Source: Nitrospirota bacterium (lineage in GTDB: Bacteria > Nitrospirota > UBA9217). From it: 64,000 nucleotides of DNA. Location of the stretch: the NCBI GenBank assembly GCA_963663225.1, contig OY760142.1, positions 480,001 through 544,000 on the forward strand, given 5' to 3'. A model generated the notes under the pieces. That model did not search any database, was not told the origin of the DNA, and was given only the letters and a program-made list of their open reading frames with translations. Position 1 is the stretch's first letter; every line of letters starts with the position of its first letter. Below, piece by piece: positions 18,215 to 28,166 of the stretch. Made by a program: the position numbers and the translations under genes.

Positions 18215-19510
18215 TTATATCGCATGCAGCGCCTGTTCCAAATCCCATAATAAATCCTCCACTGTTTCCAAACCGATCGACAAACGAATCAGTCCCGGAC
18301 CTATACCACCCAGTTTCAGCTCTTCATCCGAAAGCTGCTGGTGCGTCGTTGAGGCGGGGTGTATAACAAGACTGCGGGCATCACCTACATTGGCTAGATG
18401 TGAGAATAGCTGCAATGATTCAATAAACTTTTTTCCTGCCAGCCGCACGTCGCCGGAAGCAGGCTTAATATCAAAAGAAAAAACGGCCCCCGGTCCTTTC
18501 GGCAAATATTTTTTCGCACGGTCATAGTGGGGATGATCCGGCAGCCCCGCATAGTGCACCTGCGCCACCTGCGGGTGCTGTGTGAGAAAATTTGCGACTT
18601 TACGTGCGTTCGCAACGTGGCGTTCCATACGGACAGAAAGTGTTTCCAATCCCTGAAGCAGCAAAAATGAGTTCATCGGAGATATGCAGGCGCCGGTATC
18701 ACGTACTGTTTCAACACGGAGTTTCATAAGGAACCCATAATGGCCAAAAGTATCGTAAAAACGCAGGCCGTGATATGAAGGTGATGCATCCGCAATCGTC
18801 GGATACTGTGAATAATCAAAGTTTCCAGATTCTACTACAACACCTCCGATGCTCGTTCCATGTCCTCCGATGAATTTTGTCGCTGAATGGAGAACGATGG
18901 TAGCACCCCAGTCAATCGGACGACAAAGATAGGGTGTGGCAAAGGTACTATCCACGATGAGCGGAATGCAGTTGCTTTTGGCAAGCGAAGCTAGAGGTTC
19001 CAAGTCCAAAATTCCTCCGCCCGGATTTCCAATAATTTCACCGAATAGCGCCCGAGTTTTCGGCGTTATGGCTTTTTCCCAGGCATTATTATCGGAGGGA
19101 TCCGCAAAATGCACCTGTATGCAAAGTTTATTCAAGGTGTGCGTCAGTTGGGTCATGGTTCCGCCGTAAAGCTGAGAAGAAGCGACTATTTCGTCTCCCG
19201 GAGATAACAGAGTCATAAATGTTGCAAATTGCGCTGCCATACCGCTTGCTACAGCCACAGCACCGGTACCGTTATCCAATGACGCTATTCGTTCCTCAAG
19301 TGCTGCCGTCGTCGGATTGCTGATGCGTGTGTATATATTACCGTATTGCTTAAGATCAAAAAGTTGGGCTGCTTGTTCCGTATCACTAAATACATATGAT
19401 GTTGTCTGATAAATAGGAACCGCGCGGGCTCCCACAACCGGATCTGGTATATGGCCAGCATGAACCATGCGCGTCTCAAATCCAAATTTTCTTTTATCAA
19501 TGTGCGGCAT
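18215..19510 (-). CDS. metY: O-acetylhomoserine sulfhydrylase
   Basis: ARAVPIYQTTSYVF, NIYTRISNPT, HSATKFIGGHG, HLANVGDARSLVIHPASTTHQQL. Confidence 0.92.
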   Translation of the reverse strand: MPHIDKRKFGFETRMVHAGHIPDPVVGARAVPIYQTTSYVFSDTEQAAQLFDLKQYGNIYTRISNPTTAALEERIASLDNGTGAVAVASGMAAQFATFMTLLSPGDEIVASSQLYGGTMTQLTHTLNKLCIQVHFADPSDNNAWEKAITPKTRALFGEIIGNPGGGILDLEPLASLAKSNCIPLIVDSTFATPYLCRPIDWGATIVLHSATKFIGGHGTSIGGVVVESGNFDYSQYPTIADASPSYHGLRFYDTFGHYGFLMKLRVETVRDTGACISPMNSFLLLQGLETLSVRMERHVANARKVANFLTQHPQVAQVHYAGLPDHPHYDRAKKYLPKGPGAVFSFDIKPASGDVRLAGKKFIESLQLFSHLANVGDARSLVIHPASTTHQQLSDEELKLGGIGPGLIRLSIGLETVEDLLWDLEQALHAI

Positions 19511-19523
19511 ATCCCTTGTCCCT

Positions 19524-19964
19524 TCAGATTTTTATAAAACGGGCTGCTACATCATTTTTCCGTATTTCATCAAGCGCTGCCCGATCAGGCCGTTCCGGTC
19601 TGTCTCGTTCCACATTCACTATACAGAGAAAGCCAAAAGGTTTCTGCTCTATTGCCTGAAATTGGTGCCACGTATTGGGTGGTATATATACGACATCAAA
19701 CGAGTCCAATAATAATACTTCCTGACCCACAAGTGCTTTGCCTTTCCCGCGGATAATCATAACTACATGCTCATGTGTATGCCGTTCAAGCGTTGAATAT
19801 CCGCCAGACGCAATTTCAAAATACCGAAGCTGCCCGTGAAGATTTTTGGTTCCATCGAACAGTATTTGCCGGGTAACAGCCCGAAAATGTGTTCCTTCTT
19901 CCTTATAATCTAGCATCGGTACATTTTTCCAGGTGAAGTCGCCGTTGTGTTTGTTCAATGGCAT
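19524..19964 (-). CDS. Cupin, likely methylthio-xylulose-5-phosphate methylsulfurylase type
   Basis: LRYFEI..GYSTLERHTHEH..WHQF..PFGFLCIVN.ERDRP; next to an RLP. Confidence 0.75.
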   Translation of the reverse strand: MPLNKHNGDFTWKNVPMLDYKEEGTHFRAVTRQILFDGTKNLHGQLRYFEIASGGYSTLERHTHEHVVMIIRGKGKALVGQEVLLLDSFDVVYIPPNTWHQFQAIEQKPFGFLCIVNVERDRPERPDRAALDEIRKNDVAARFIKI

Positions 19965-19989
19965 GAGGCCTCTCCCATCGATACAGGTT

Positions 19990-20874
19990 TTATTTCTGCC
20001 AGCTTGCCGATTGCAGGGACTCGCTCTGCTTTGGTCCTGGTTTATTCAATAATTTGCTGTTCCCGATCCAGGTTCGCAAATACTGAAACGTTGTCCTGAA
20101 CAGTTCGCCTTCAAAAAAGGCAAAAGAATGCGGTGCGCCTTGAATAACACGCAGCGCCTTCGGCTCTCTCGACGATAAAAACAGTTCCATCGTCTGCTCG
20201 GGCAGCACCTTGGTGTCCGCACTGCCTTGAATGAGAAGTACCGGCCGTGGTGAGAGATCAGCAATATCCTGGAGAGGCCGGTGTTTGGGCAAATCAGAAA
20301 AAAAAGTGGATTTCAGTACGAATTGTTTTGCGTCATTTCTGCACAAAATCTTTTTGCCACGTTTTGCATCAAAAAAGGCTTTTCCCCCCAGGATACTTTG
20401 AAGCACGGTTAATGGACTTGAAACCGGAGCCCATCCCACAAATCCCTGGATATGAGAATCACGTGCCGCAGCGGACAACGCTACTGCACCACCCAGGCTG
20501 TAACCGATTAAAAATATCGGTGATTGTAACAGCACAGTGATAGTCCGGACGTATGCAATCGCGCTTTCAAGGTCTTCTATTTCCCGACTGACCGTCATGT
20601 CAGCAAAATCACCCTCACTATCTCCGCTGCCGGCATAATCAAAACGCAGAACTGCATACCCTTCATGCTGAGCTTGTCGAGCAAACTTTACAAAAAGCCG
20701 GTTGTCGCTCACCTTATCATCCGTAAATCCATGAGACATAATAAGCACCGGAGGACATATTATGTTTTGCGGCATATGCAAGACGCCGGACAACTGCTGA
20801 CCTCGTCTGTTCGCAAATAAAAAAGGACTTTCATAAAGCATAGGGGGTATCCTTCTGCATTCTTTTTCTATCAA
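19990..20874 (-). CDS. Alpha/beta hydrolase
   Basis: HGF, RFDYAGSGDSEG, GYSLGG nucleophile elbow, QGSAD, GAPH. Confidence 0.85.
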   Translation of the reverse strand: MIEKECRRIPPMLYESPFLFANRRGQQLSGVLHMPQNIICPPVLIMSHGFTDDKVSDNRLFVKFARQAQHEGYAVLRFDYAGSGDSEGDFADMTVSREIEDLESAIAYVRTITVLLQSPIFLIGYSLGGAVALSAAARDSHIQGFVGWAPVSSPLTVLQSILGGKAFFDAKRGKKILCRNDAKQFVLKSTFFSDLPKHRPLQDIADLSPRPVLLIQGSADTKVLPEQTMELFLSSREPKALRVIQGAPHSFAFFEGELFRTTFQYLRTWIGNSKLLNKPGPKQSESLQSASWQK

Positions 20875-21995
20875 TTCTCATACCGGTCTACCATGTGACG
20901 AAAATACCGGCAGTTTTCTAGCAAATCCGGTCCATGCGTAAACAACCCACCGCCGATCAGAAAGATCACATCGCATCCATATAAATCAAGCATCTCGGGC
21001 ACCCGTTCCAGACTCATACCCCCACCTGGTGCGGGAAAACTGGGCTGTATTGCTCCCATCCGGACCTCAGTCCCCCTGGCAATGCCGGCGCATTCCTCTT
21101 TTGTGAAGCTGAACCTTCCACCGAAGTTGGGATAAATACTTGCGTCAGCACCTGCAAGCCTGGCGATCTGACCGAACAGTGCATAATGTGAGATGCCGCT
21201 TTCAGCATTCAAAACGTACGTGCCTTGAAACGCCGGATGACTGAACACCGGAAGGCCAAGTGAATCATTCTCTGCTATTTTGCGCATGGCATCAAGCCCT
21301 GCCAAACCGGGAGATACGAGAAAACCCAGTGCGCCATGCTTCTTTGCTGTCCGGGCTCGCGCTAACATTTCATCCGGTGCAGCAGTTATATTTGCCATAT
21401 AAATGCAACGATACCCAGTTTTAATGTTCGCTTTCTCAACCGCTCTCGCGCACGCTTCCACCCTTTCCTCAAAAGAAGCAAAGCGCTGGTTGGCGATGCC
21501 ATGGTCGTCCTTGATAATGTCTATGCCGCCGCTGGCAAACTGGTAAGCGAGCGACGCAAGTTTATCCGCTGTCAGGCCCAAAGGTTTAAGCGCAGTAAAA
21601 AGCAACGGCCGTTTGCGAATACCCAAAAATTTCCGCAAGCCCTCTCGGCCGAATCGCGGTCCACTAAACAGTGTCAACAGACTGTCTGGCAGATCAAACT
21701 TCTCCACCCGAACTCCCGGTTTGATGCTGATGTTTCCGAAGAGCACGTTCAGAAACTGGCTGAAGTCTTTACCGCAAATTTCCACATCGAAACTTATTAC
21801 GACACGGCAGCCGATATCATCAATCTGTTTGAGCGATTCAATTCTTCCAACGATATGCTGTTTGATCGCCTGATCCGTTATCAGTGCGGCCGGGAACTCT
21901 ACTGTTTGTTCATAGCAGATATCCTGCGCCCTGTTCAATGCCTCTTGTTCGTTGCCTTTAATGTGGTATTCGACTGAGAAACGATCACCAAACAT
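20871..21995 (-). CDS. RubisCO-like protein (form IV), likely MTRu-1-P isomerase type
   Basis: EQTVE, GPRFG, ALKPLG, GGIDIIKDDHG (His in place of the KDDE Glu), PAPGGG, LIGGG; 374 aa. Confidence 0.88.
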   Translation of the reverse strand: MFGDRFSVEYHIKGNEQEALNRAQDICYEQTVEFPAALITDQAIKQHIVGRIESLKQIDDIGCRVVISFDVEICGKDFSQFLNVLFGNISIKPGVRVEKFDLPDSLLTLFSGPRFGREGLRKFLGIRKRPLLFTALKPLGLTADKLASLAYQFASGGIDIIKDDHGIANQRFASFEERVEACARAVEKANIKTGYRCIYMANITAAPDEMLARARTAKKHGALGFLVSPGLAGLDAMRKIAENDSLGLPVFSHPAFQGTYVLNAESGISHYALFGQIARLAGADASIYPNFGGRFSFTKEECAGIARGTEVRMGAIQPSFPAPGGGMSLERVPEMLDLYGCDVIFLIGGGLFTHGPDLLENCRYFRHMVDRYEN

Positions 21996-22117
21996 GCTTT
22001 GCCTTTATTATTTGCAATGACTGCCCACAAGACTGAACTATTGATTTTTATTCCATTGCTCGCAAAAATTACTTTCGGTACCCTACAGGTACCGCTACAC
22101 TGTTACAGGCACTTATC

Positions 22118-22134
22118 TAGCAAACCATATGCCA
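22118..22134 (-). promoter_or_regulatory. Predicted sigma54 promoter for the RLP operon
   Basis: Minus strand TGGCATATGGTTTGCTA. Confidence 0.72.
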
Positions 22135-22383
22135 TCAAAAAAAACTGCATAAACAGGCACTATGCATGGAGGGCTCTATCGACGTTGGTTATTATTTTAA
22201 CAAATTGTATATTTTATAATCATTGAATATATTAATTTTTCCAGAAACAAGTATTGCCGTTTTGACTATAGCTGTAAATAATCTGTAGTATTATACTCAA
22301 ATGGTTGCTATACTGTTATTTGAAATCGCCAAAACATCTTTGCCTAGACTGATTTTTTAGGAAATCTGAGCATTCACTCCGCC

Positions 22384-23388
22384 ATGAAACGTAAAGCAAT
22401 TGCACTCTACTCTGGGGGATTGGACAGTACCCTTGCCATCCTTCTGGTCCTCAAGCAAAACATTGAAGTAACAGCGATTACTTTTCTAACCGACTTCGGC
22501 TGTGATGCCAGTGATACTTCGTCGTGTTCAAGGAACCCGGCGCCAGCCGCTGCACAGTTTGGATTCAGCCTAAAGCTTTGCCATCTTGGTGAAAAATTTA
22601 CCGAAATCGTAAAATCTCCACGCTTCGGCCATGGCAAGAATATGAACCCGTGTATCGACTGCCGAATACTTATGCTCCGGGAAGCGGGGGAATTGATGCA
22701 AATCACCGGAGCGGACTTCATCATTACCGGTGAAGTATTAGGTCAGAGGCCCATGTCGCAAAGAAAAGACACGCTTAATATTATCGACCGTGAAAGTGGC
22801 CTGAAAGGCCACATCGTGCGGCCATTATCAGCCAAGCTTTTGCCAACAACCACTCCTGAAAAGCTTGGAATTATTCATCGTGAGCAACTTCTCGGTTTAA
22901 ATGGCCGTTCAAGAAAACCGCAGATCACTCTTGCGCACGAGTTCGGCTTAACCGATTATCCCAATCCTGCCGGCGGGTGTCTTCTCACTGATCCTATCTA
23001 CTCCCGTCGCCTCCGCGACCTCCTTCATACTGTTCGCGACCCCAACCCAGAAGACCTGGCCTTGCTTCGCATCGGACGGCACTTCCGACTATCGGACAAC
23101 TGCAGGATTATTGTCGGACGAAACGAAGGGGAAAACGACATGATCGCGCGAGTAAGAAAACCGGAGGACGTGTTAATCAGTACGTGCACAGTAGCTGGAC
23201 CTATTGTCCTGCTCCGAGGTTCAGATGCAGGAATGTTTATCGATTTTGGAGCATCGCTCTGTGCGCGTTATTCTGATGCAAGAGGATTTCCTGATGTTGA
23301 AGTTAAAATTTTAAAGAATACAGAGGAGAAGGTACTGAGTGCGGTTCCTACACCGGATCATATCATTGAACGGCACATACTTCGATGA
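22384..23388 (+). CDS. PP-loop tRNA thiolation enzyme (ThiI/MnmA-like, DUF814-type)
   Basis: SGGLDS, NPCIDCR, GEVLGQRPMSQ, PAGGCLLT, GRHFR. Confidence 0.82.
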   Translation: MKRKAIALYSGGLDSTLAILLVLKQNIEVTAITFLTDFGCDASDTSSCSRNPAPAAAQFGFSLKLCHLGEKFTEIVKSPRFGHGKNMNPCIDCRILMLREAGELMQITGADFIITGEVLGQRPMSQRKDTLNIIDRESGLKGHIVRPLSAKLLPTTTPEKLGIIHREQLLGLNGRSRKPQITLAHEFGLTDYPNPAGGCLLTDPIYSRRLRDLLHTVRDPNPEDLALLRIGRHFRLSDNCRIIVGRNEGENDMIARVRKPEDVLISTCTVAGPIVLLRGSDAGMFIDFGASLCARYSDARGFPDVEVKILKNTEEKVLSAVPTPDHIIERHILR

Positions 23389-23600
23389 CTTGGTTGTAAG
23401 CTGTAATTTCAAACATATTGTTCATTTTGAAAAGATACAGAAATTCAATGCCATGAATCCCGATCTGGGGTACAGGTCGATTTCCATTTATTCCCCAAGG
23501 GAGGTAACAACAAATGTCAGTGAAGGCAGTTGAAATGGTTCGCAAAATCAGAGATCAGCATTACTAAGAAACGAAAGATATCTCGGTTAGCCATGCTTCT
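23385..23600 (+). pseudogene. Remnant PIN-domain toxin C-terminus plus interrupted small partner gene
   Basis: DLVVSCNFKHIVHFEKIQKFNAMN..GY..IYSPREV resembles PIN C-termini; next ORF MSVKAVEMVRKIRDQHY*ETK has an RBS and an in-frame stop. Confidence 0.55.
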
Positions 23601-23872
23601 TTCTATTGTCTTACAAGAAAGGAGCGTGAATAATTAAAAAAATAAAGACAGAGCAGTCGCTCTTCTTTGAAAAGCCCGATTCTACACCCGATACAATAAC
23701 TCGAGGTGGTCAGTCTAAACCACTTAAAATCAGTTTCACATTGCAGCTCGGTTGGATATTCCGCAGCGTTTCACAAACTCTTTTGTGCAGTACTGCGGAT
23801 GCGTGTGAAACTCTTGTAAAACTGTTCGGAAAAGCTATAAAAGAGTATTCGCGAAGCTCACGTTTTTTAAAT

Positions 23873-25090
23873 TCACCCGATGACGGCACTTAACGGAACA
23901 GCCCATATTTTTTCTCCGAGCGGAACAGTTTCAGTCCCGTTATAAGCCAGGACAGCAGCAACGCAATCAGGAGTGTTCGCAAGAAACGCTTTAAGCCCGG
24001 CAATATCACGTTCCTCCCATCGCGCCGACATCTTGACTTCAATTGCTATACATCTGTTTTCTGACTCAATAACAAAATCCACCTCATAGCGGCCCTGCAC
24101 ATTCCAAAAATGGATGGATGCGTGAGGCAGCCTGGCATCGATGATACCAGTGAGGTTTTGGGCGACATAGGTCTCCAGCAATGCTCCCCTGGATGGGCCA
24201 CTACTGAGTTTTCGAACGCCAGCAAGATAACCGGCAAGACCTGCGTCGGAAAAATAGAACTTAGGAGACTTGATCAGCCTGCTTGCACGATTTTTTAGAT
24301 AGGGAGTTAAACGATACCCAATAAAAGAAACTTCCATTAAATCAAGATGCCGCGATACCGTTACTGCATTCATCTTCGCGTCCCTTCCGAGTTCACTGGG
24401 GCTTAGTAGCCGTCCTGTCCGCAAAGCGGATAACTCAAGAAGGTTTTTGAAGAGAATAAGATTGTCAAGGCGACTAAATTGCCTGATATCTCTCTCAAGA
24501 TAGGTTTGCTCATATCCCTTAAACCAGAGCGTGCGGTCTTTCACCTCCCCAAGACAAACGGATGGCATCCCCCCTGCAAGGATTTCGTCGTCCTTGATGG
24601 CAGACAATATATGCTTTCTTGGCGGTTTGCCATCGTCGAGCAACCGTTCCACGAAAGACGTGTCTTCCAACGAACCGGCAATCTCCCGCCGAGTAAACGG
24701 GTGCATCGTAAAATAGATAGCCCTTCCCGCAAGGCTCTCGGTGATTCCTTGCAAAACCGCGAAATTTGCCGAACCTGAAAGCAAAAACTGACCGGGTTTT
24801 CGATTCTGATCAACTTGTTTCTTGATTGCGGTCAGTAGCTCAGGGCATTTCTGCACCTCATCGATGGTAAGTGGCTCATCACTCTCGATAAACTGCTCTG
24901 GAGCTTCCTTGGCAGCGCTTAGTTGAACAATATCATCAAGAGTCACATACCGCCGTTTTCCCAATCCGGGTTCTTTTTGCAAAAAAGTACTTTTTCCGGT
25001 CTGCCGCATGCCGGTTACTACTACAACCGGCATATTTTTCAGTGCATTAATAATTGTCCCCGCGATATCGCGTTTTCGATATTTTGTCAT
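23873..25090 (-). CDS. AAA+ ATPase with DUF4143 domain
   Basis: GMRQTGKST, IDEVQK, ESLAGR, KSPKFYFSDAG, EVDF..IEVK. Confidence 0.88.
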   Translation of the reverse strand: MTKYRKRDIAGTIINALKNMPVVVVTGMRQTGKSTFLQKEPGLGKRRYVTLDDIVQLSAAKEAPEQFIESDEPLTIDEVQKCPELLTAIKKQVDQNRKPGQFLLSGSANFAVLQGITESLAGRAIYFTMHPFTRREIAGSLEDTSFVERLLDDGKPPRKHILSAIKDDEILAGGMPSVCLGEVKDRTLWFKGYEQTYLERDIRQFSRLDNLILFKNLLELSALRTGRLLSPSELGRDAKMNAVTVSRHLDLMEVSFIGYRLTPYLKNRASRLIKSPKFYFSDAGLAGYLAGVRKLSSGPSRGALLETYVAQNLTGIIDARLPHASIHFWNVQGRYEVDFVIESENRCIAIEVKMSARWEERDIAGLKAFLANTPDCVAAVLAYNGTETVPLGEKIWAVPLSAVIG

Positions 25091-25660
25091 AATACAACAT
25101 ATATTAGTGACAATATGACAGGATGTCAAGAGCTTATTGATGCTTAAGCAGAATACCTTTTTCCTGTCTGTTTAGCCATCACCGTACCTATCATCAAAGA
25201 TTTAAGACCGCAGAAAAGGCATATTTGGAGGATTTTTTAAACAGATTATTGCTACTAACTATTATAAGGTGTTCCGTCTGTCGAGACGAGTGGACTTGCA
25301 CTGTGTATGTCAAATACCCCTGCATCAGGCTTGGCACTGATTGATTGACATACAGGAATTTAAGGAGATAGCGGAAGCCGGTTTAAGTGAATGGCGGAAT
25401 GAGTTGGAACAGGAGGATAAATAATGATCAGCGTTTCTTGAACCGGTAAAAGGTTACGAGCAGGGCAGTATCCTGATTTGAGCGCTTTTACCACTACAGT
25501 CCTTTGTATCCCGCTAACGTCCAAAATGACACGCGCTGGTTTACCCGGGACATGTTTTATAAATTTATGCCAGTGTCTACAGCCGTTTGACATAAACTTA
25601 CTACGATTCACTTTGGGCCCACACGGCTTGCATGCACAGTGGTCTATGAAAATTCTCAAT

Positions 25661-25906
25661 CTAACAATCATTTTTCCTCTTAAAGCTTTTTTTTGCATCT
25701 TTGATGATGGCCAGCGTCTCTCGATTCTGCTCTTCTTTTGGTTTGGAAAGATACTCTTTTATGTACCTGATTGCGTCTTCTTCTGTCTCACAAGCGTTTA
25801 AATCGGCAAAGAGTGCTTCAAGAATGTGTTGCAGTTCCGCAAGGCCGCGAGGTGAGTTGTCCACAGGCTCTACTTCAAAAACCTTTGTGATTTTTTTCTT
25901 TCTCAT
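25661..25906 (-). CDS. Hypothetical protein (mobile element)
   Basis: ORF with a GGAG RBS, downstream of a stem-loop; no recognised motif. Confidence 0.45.
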   Translation of the reverse strand: MRKKKITKVFEVEPVDNSPRGLAELQHILEALFADLNACETEEDAIRYIKEYLSKPKEEQNRETLAIIKDAKKSFKRKNDC

Positions 25907-25929
25907 CCGAGTTAATCTCCATAAAAATG

Positions 25930-25978
25930 GAGAGGCGGGTAGCAATTAAAAATAAGCGGCAATGCTGCCCACCTCTCG
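25930..25978. terminator. Imperfect inverted repeat after the Cas4-like gene
   Basis: GAGAGGCGGGTAGCA ... TGCTGCCCACCTCTC. Confidence 0.45.
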
Positions 25979-25992
25979 ATTATATCCGTATG

Positions 25993-26493
25993 TTATTTAC
26001 ATTTCGCATCCGGGCATTTTGATCTAAACTCACACTTCCGGCATTTTTGAGAATAAGGGTTCCCCCGCGGTGCTGTTCTGTTTTTTAAAAGCTTTAGCAT
26101 CATAGGACTCTGTTTTATTACCTCCCTTATGTGAGATTGCATTTCTGGATTATTTTTAGATAGATTGAAGGTCTTATTAGCATATTGAAGTGCGGCGTTA
26201 TCAACACCGGTTGCCACCATAAGTGCTGCAACCTGCCGTAAGTCGCCCTTTTTGGCGCTTCCATGAACAATAGCGCTCTTATGCTCAATCACCCTGCCGC
26301 GTTCCAGGACATCGGGCCTGCCTGAAATTCTATACTGATAGTTCCGGTAAATCCTGCTCCGCATGTCATTCTGGTCGTGGTCAATGACCCAACCCTGAAG
26401 GTTGCCGGCATTTATCCGTTCTCTTTTTAACTTCTTGAATAAAAAGATCATTATTATAGTTGCGATAAAACAGCCACAGAGAATCCCAGCCAT
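25993..26493 (-). CDS. Cas4-like PD-(D/E)xK nuclease, C-terminal half with N-terminal TM helix
   Basis: ISGRPDVL..IEHKS, QVAA motif, C-terminal CRKCEFRSKC. Confidence 0.75.
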   Translation of the reverse strand: MAGILCGCFIATIIMIFLFKKLKRERINAGNLQGWVIDHDQNDMRSRIYRNYQYRISGRPDVLERGRVIEHKSAIVHGSAKKGDLRQVAALMVATGVDNAALQYANKTFNLSKNNPEMQSHIREVIKQSPMMLKLLKNRTAPRGNPYSQKCRKCEFRSKCPDAKCK

Positions 26494-26705
26494 ATTAGTC
26501 CTCCCATTATGATTATGTTTTTGAAAACGTTTTGTGTATTTATCACCCGCTGAACCTGCCTGCTTCGTTGCCGATGATAGTCCATCCCCCGCTTTACTGC
26601 ATGATTCTGGGTATTACTGCCTAAGGTCTGGCTGTAAAACCATTTTCTCGGGCAATATTCATACGTTTTAAATTCTGACGATCCGATGAAGTTTTTATTC
26701 TTCAT
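26454..26705 (-). CDS. Cas4-like N-terminal half with C-terminal TM helix
   Basis: IGSSEFKTYEYCPRKWFY...RGMDYH matches the Cas4 N-terminal CPR and G..H motifs. Confidence 0.65.
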   Translation of the reverse strand: MKNKNFIGSSEFKTYEYCPRKWFYSQTLGSNTQNHAVKRGMDYHRQRSRQVQRVINTQNVFKNIIIMGGLIWLGFSVAVLSQL

Positions 26706-27885
26706 TGTTTGCGTTTTCCTCCTTTTCTGGGTTGTTTTGCTCTTCAAGTTTCCTGTCGAGGAACCTCTCGAACGCTGAACCATCCATTCTGGTTAGGTTC
26801 GGTATGAACTTCGAATAGACCTTGAAGAGCATCTCCGTATTGGAGTGGCCCAGTTGCCGGGCCACCCACTCAGGATTCTCGCCGGAGGCGAGCCACATGG
26901 TGGCTGCCGTATGGCGTGTCTGGTATGCCGCCCGTGGAGCCAATCCTGCTTTTTTTAATGTCGGATACCAGGTCCTTTTGGTAACGTTGTTGTGGTCGAG
27001 CGGACCTCCCTTTCTTGTCCGAAATACCATCTCACCGTCACCAGTTCTCTCCTTCTGCTTTTTTAGAGCATCGAAAACAATTTTCGACATATCAATGTCA
27101 CGCACGGAACTCTCTGTCTTCGGGGAAACCCACTGCTTCCTCTGCCAGGTGTCCCGTACGAGTATTTTCTTGTTCTTGAAATCCACATATTCCCATTTAA
27201 GACCGTCTATTTCGGCGGTTCGCATGCCAGTAAAGAACCTCACGACATAGTAGTCGTGGAAATCTTCCGGCACGAGTTCGAGAAACTTAAACACTTCCTC
27301 CGGTGAAAGGGGCATGATTTGGGGCTTCCTCACCTTGAGGGGCTTCAAATTCGCGAAAGGTGTATTAAAGTCATGTTCTTCCGCAGCCTCGTTCATGATA
27401 AGCCGCATTACCTGAAGAATGTTGTTGATGCGTTTATTGCTTATTTTCCTTCCTTTTTTACCTTCCAGTTCTGCCAGATTTGTTCTAAATTCTTTAATCT
27501 GCCATTTGGTTATTCCCATAATGGCCTGGTCCTTAAAAGCCGGAATCAAGTGCCTGTCCAGTGTGGAACGAAAATCCATCTGGACAGATGGCTTCCAAGA
27601 TATCTTGTTGTTTTTATACCAAGTCTCGGCATATTCCCCGAAGGTAATGCCTTGACTTATTCTTTTCTCCCCTGCAAATTTCTTTGCATTAAAGCTATTA
27701 GGGAAGTATTTCGAATAATCAAATGTTCCAAGCCGGATTTCGCTTTCGATTTTACTTAAGGCGTCTTCCATAAGCTTTCTATTTTCCGGCGTATTTTTAA
27801 GCTCAGTATGTTCCCGGCATCGGATACCTTTATAATAGAAGTCAAAATACAAATATCCTGACCGAGTGTATCTGATCTTACCCAT
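26695..27885 (-). CDS. Tyrosine integrase with DUF3596 arm-binding domain
   Basis: LYFDFYYKGIRCRE, TGMRTAEI, YQTRHTAAT, QLGH, VYSKF catalytic residues. Confidence 0.93.
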   Translation of the reverse strand: MGKIRYTRSGYLYFDFYYKGIRCREHTELKNTPENRKLMEDALSKIESEIRLGTFDYSKYFPNSFNAKKFAGEKRISQGITFGEYAETWYKNNKISWKPSVQMDFRSTLDRHLIPAFKDQAIMGITKWQIKEFRTNLAELEGKKGRKISNKRINNILQVMRLIMNEAAEEHDFNTPFANLKPLKVRKPQIMPLSPEEVFKFLELVPEDFHDYYVVRFFTGMRTAEIDGLKWEYVDFKNKKILVRDTWQRKQWVSPKTESSVRDIDMSKIVFDALKKQKERTGDGEMVFRTRKGGPLDHNNVTKRTWYPTLKKAGLAPRAAYQTRHTAATMWLASGENPEWVARQLGHSNTEMLFKVYSKFIPNLTRMDGSAFERFLDRKLEEQNNPEKEENANNEE

Positions 27886-28114
27886 TACTATTACCTCTTC
27901 GCAGCGTTATCTTAGACATGGGATTACTCTCCTCTTCTTTATGATTAATAATTTTTTCAATCTCGTTCCAAATAAACAGAATTTTCCTGCCGCCGAAAGG
28001 TTTGATGTAATGAATCCCTTTTTTAAATATCTTGTCCTTCATGCGCTCGCGGATATACTTGGGATCGTATTTAATCCGTGTGCTGAGTTCCTCCGTAGTG
28101 AGGTATAAGCTCAT
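27878..28114 (-). CDS. Excisionase-like HTH protein
   Basis: YLTTEELSTRIKYD..GIHYIKPFGGRKILFIW; overlaps the integrase start. Confidence 0.72.
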   Translation of the reverse strand: MSLYLTTEELSTRIKYDPKYIRERMKDKIFKKGIHYIKPFGGRKILFIWNEIEKIINHKEEESNPMSKITLRRGNSNG

Positions 28115-28166
28115 TTTTCTCCTTTCTCGTTTCTTTCTCGTTTGTTTGTCGTGATACCTTTCTTAA

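Noticed and set aside
20871-21995. CO2-fixing RubisCO
   Set aside because: KDDH instead of KDDE, short length and sulfur-salvage context indicate form IV
23740-23815. Hairpins between convergent genes (CCGCAG..CTGCGG)
   Set aside because: Single copy with short stems; consistent with a terminator or mobile-element scar
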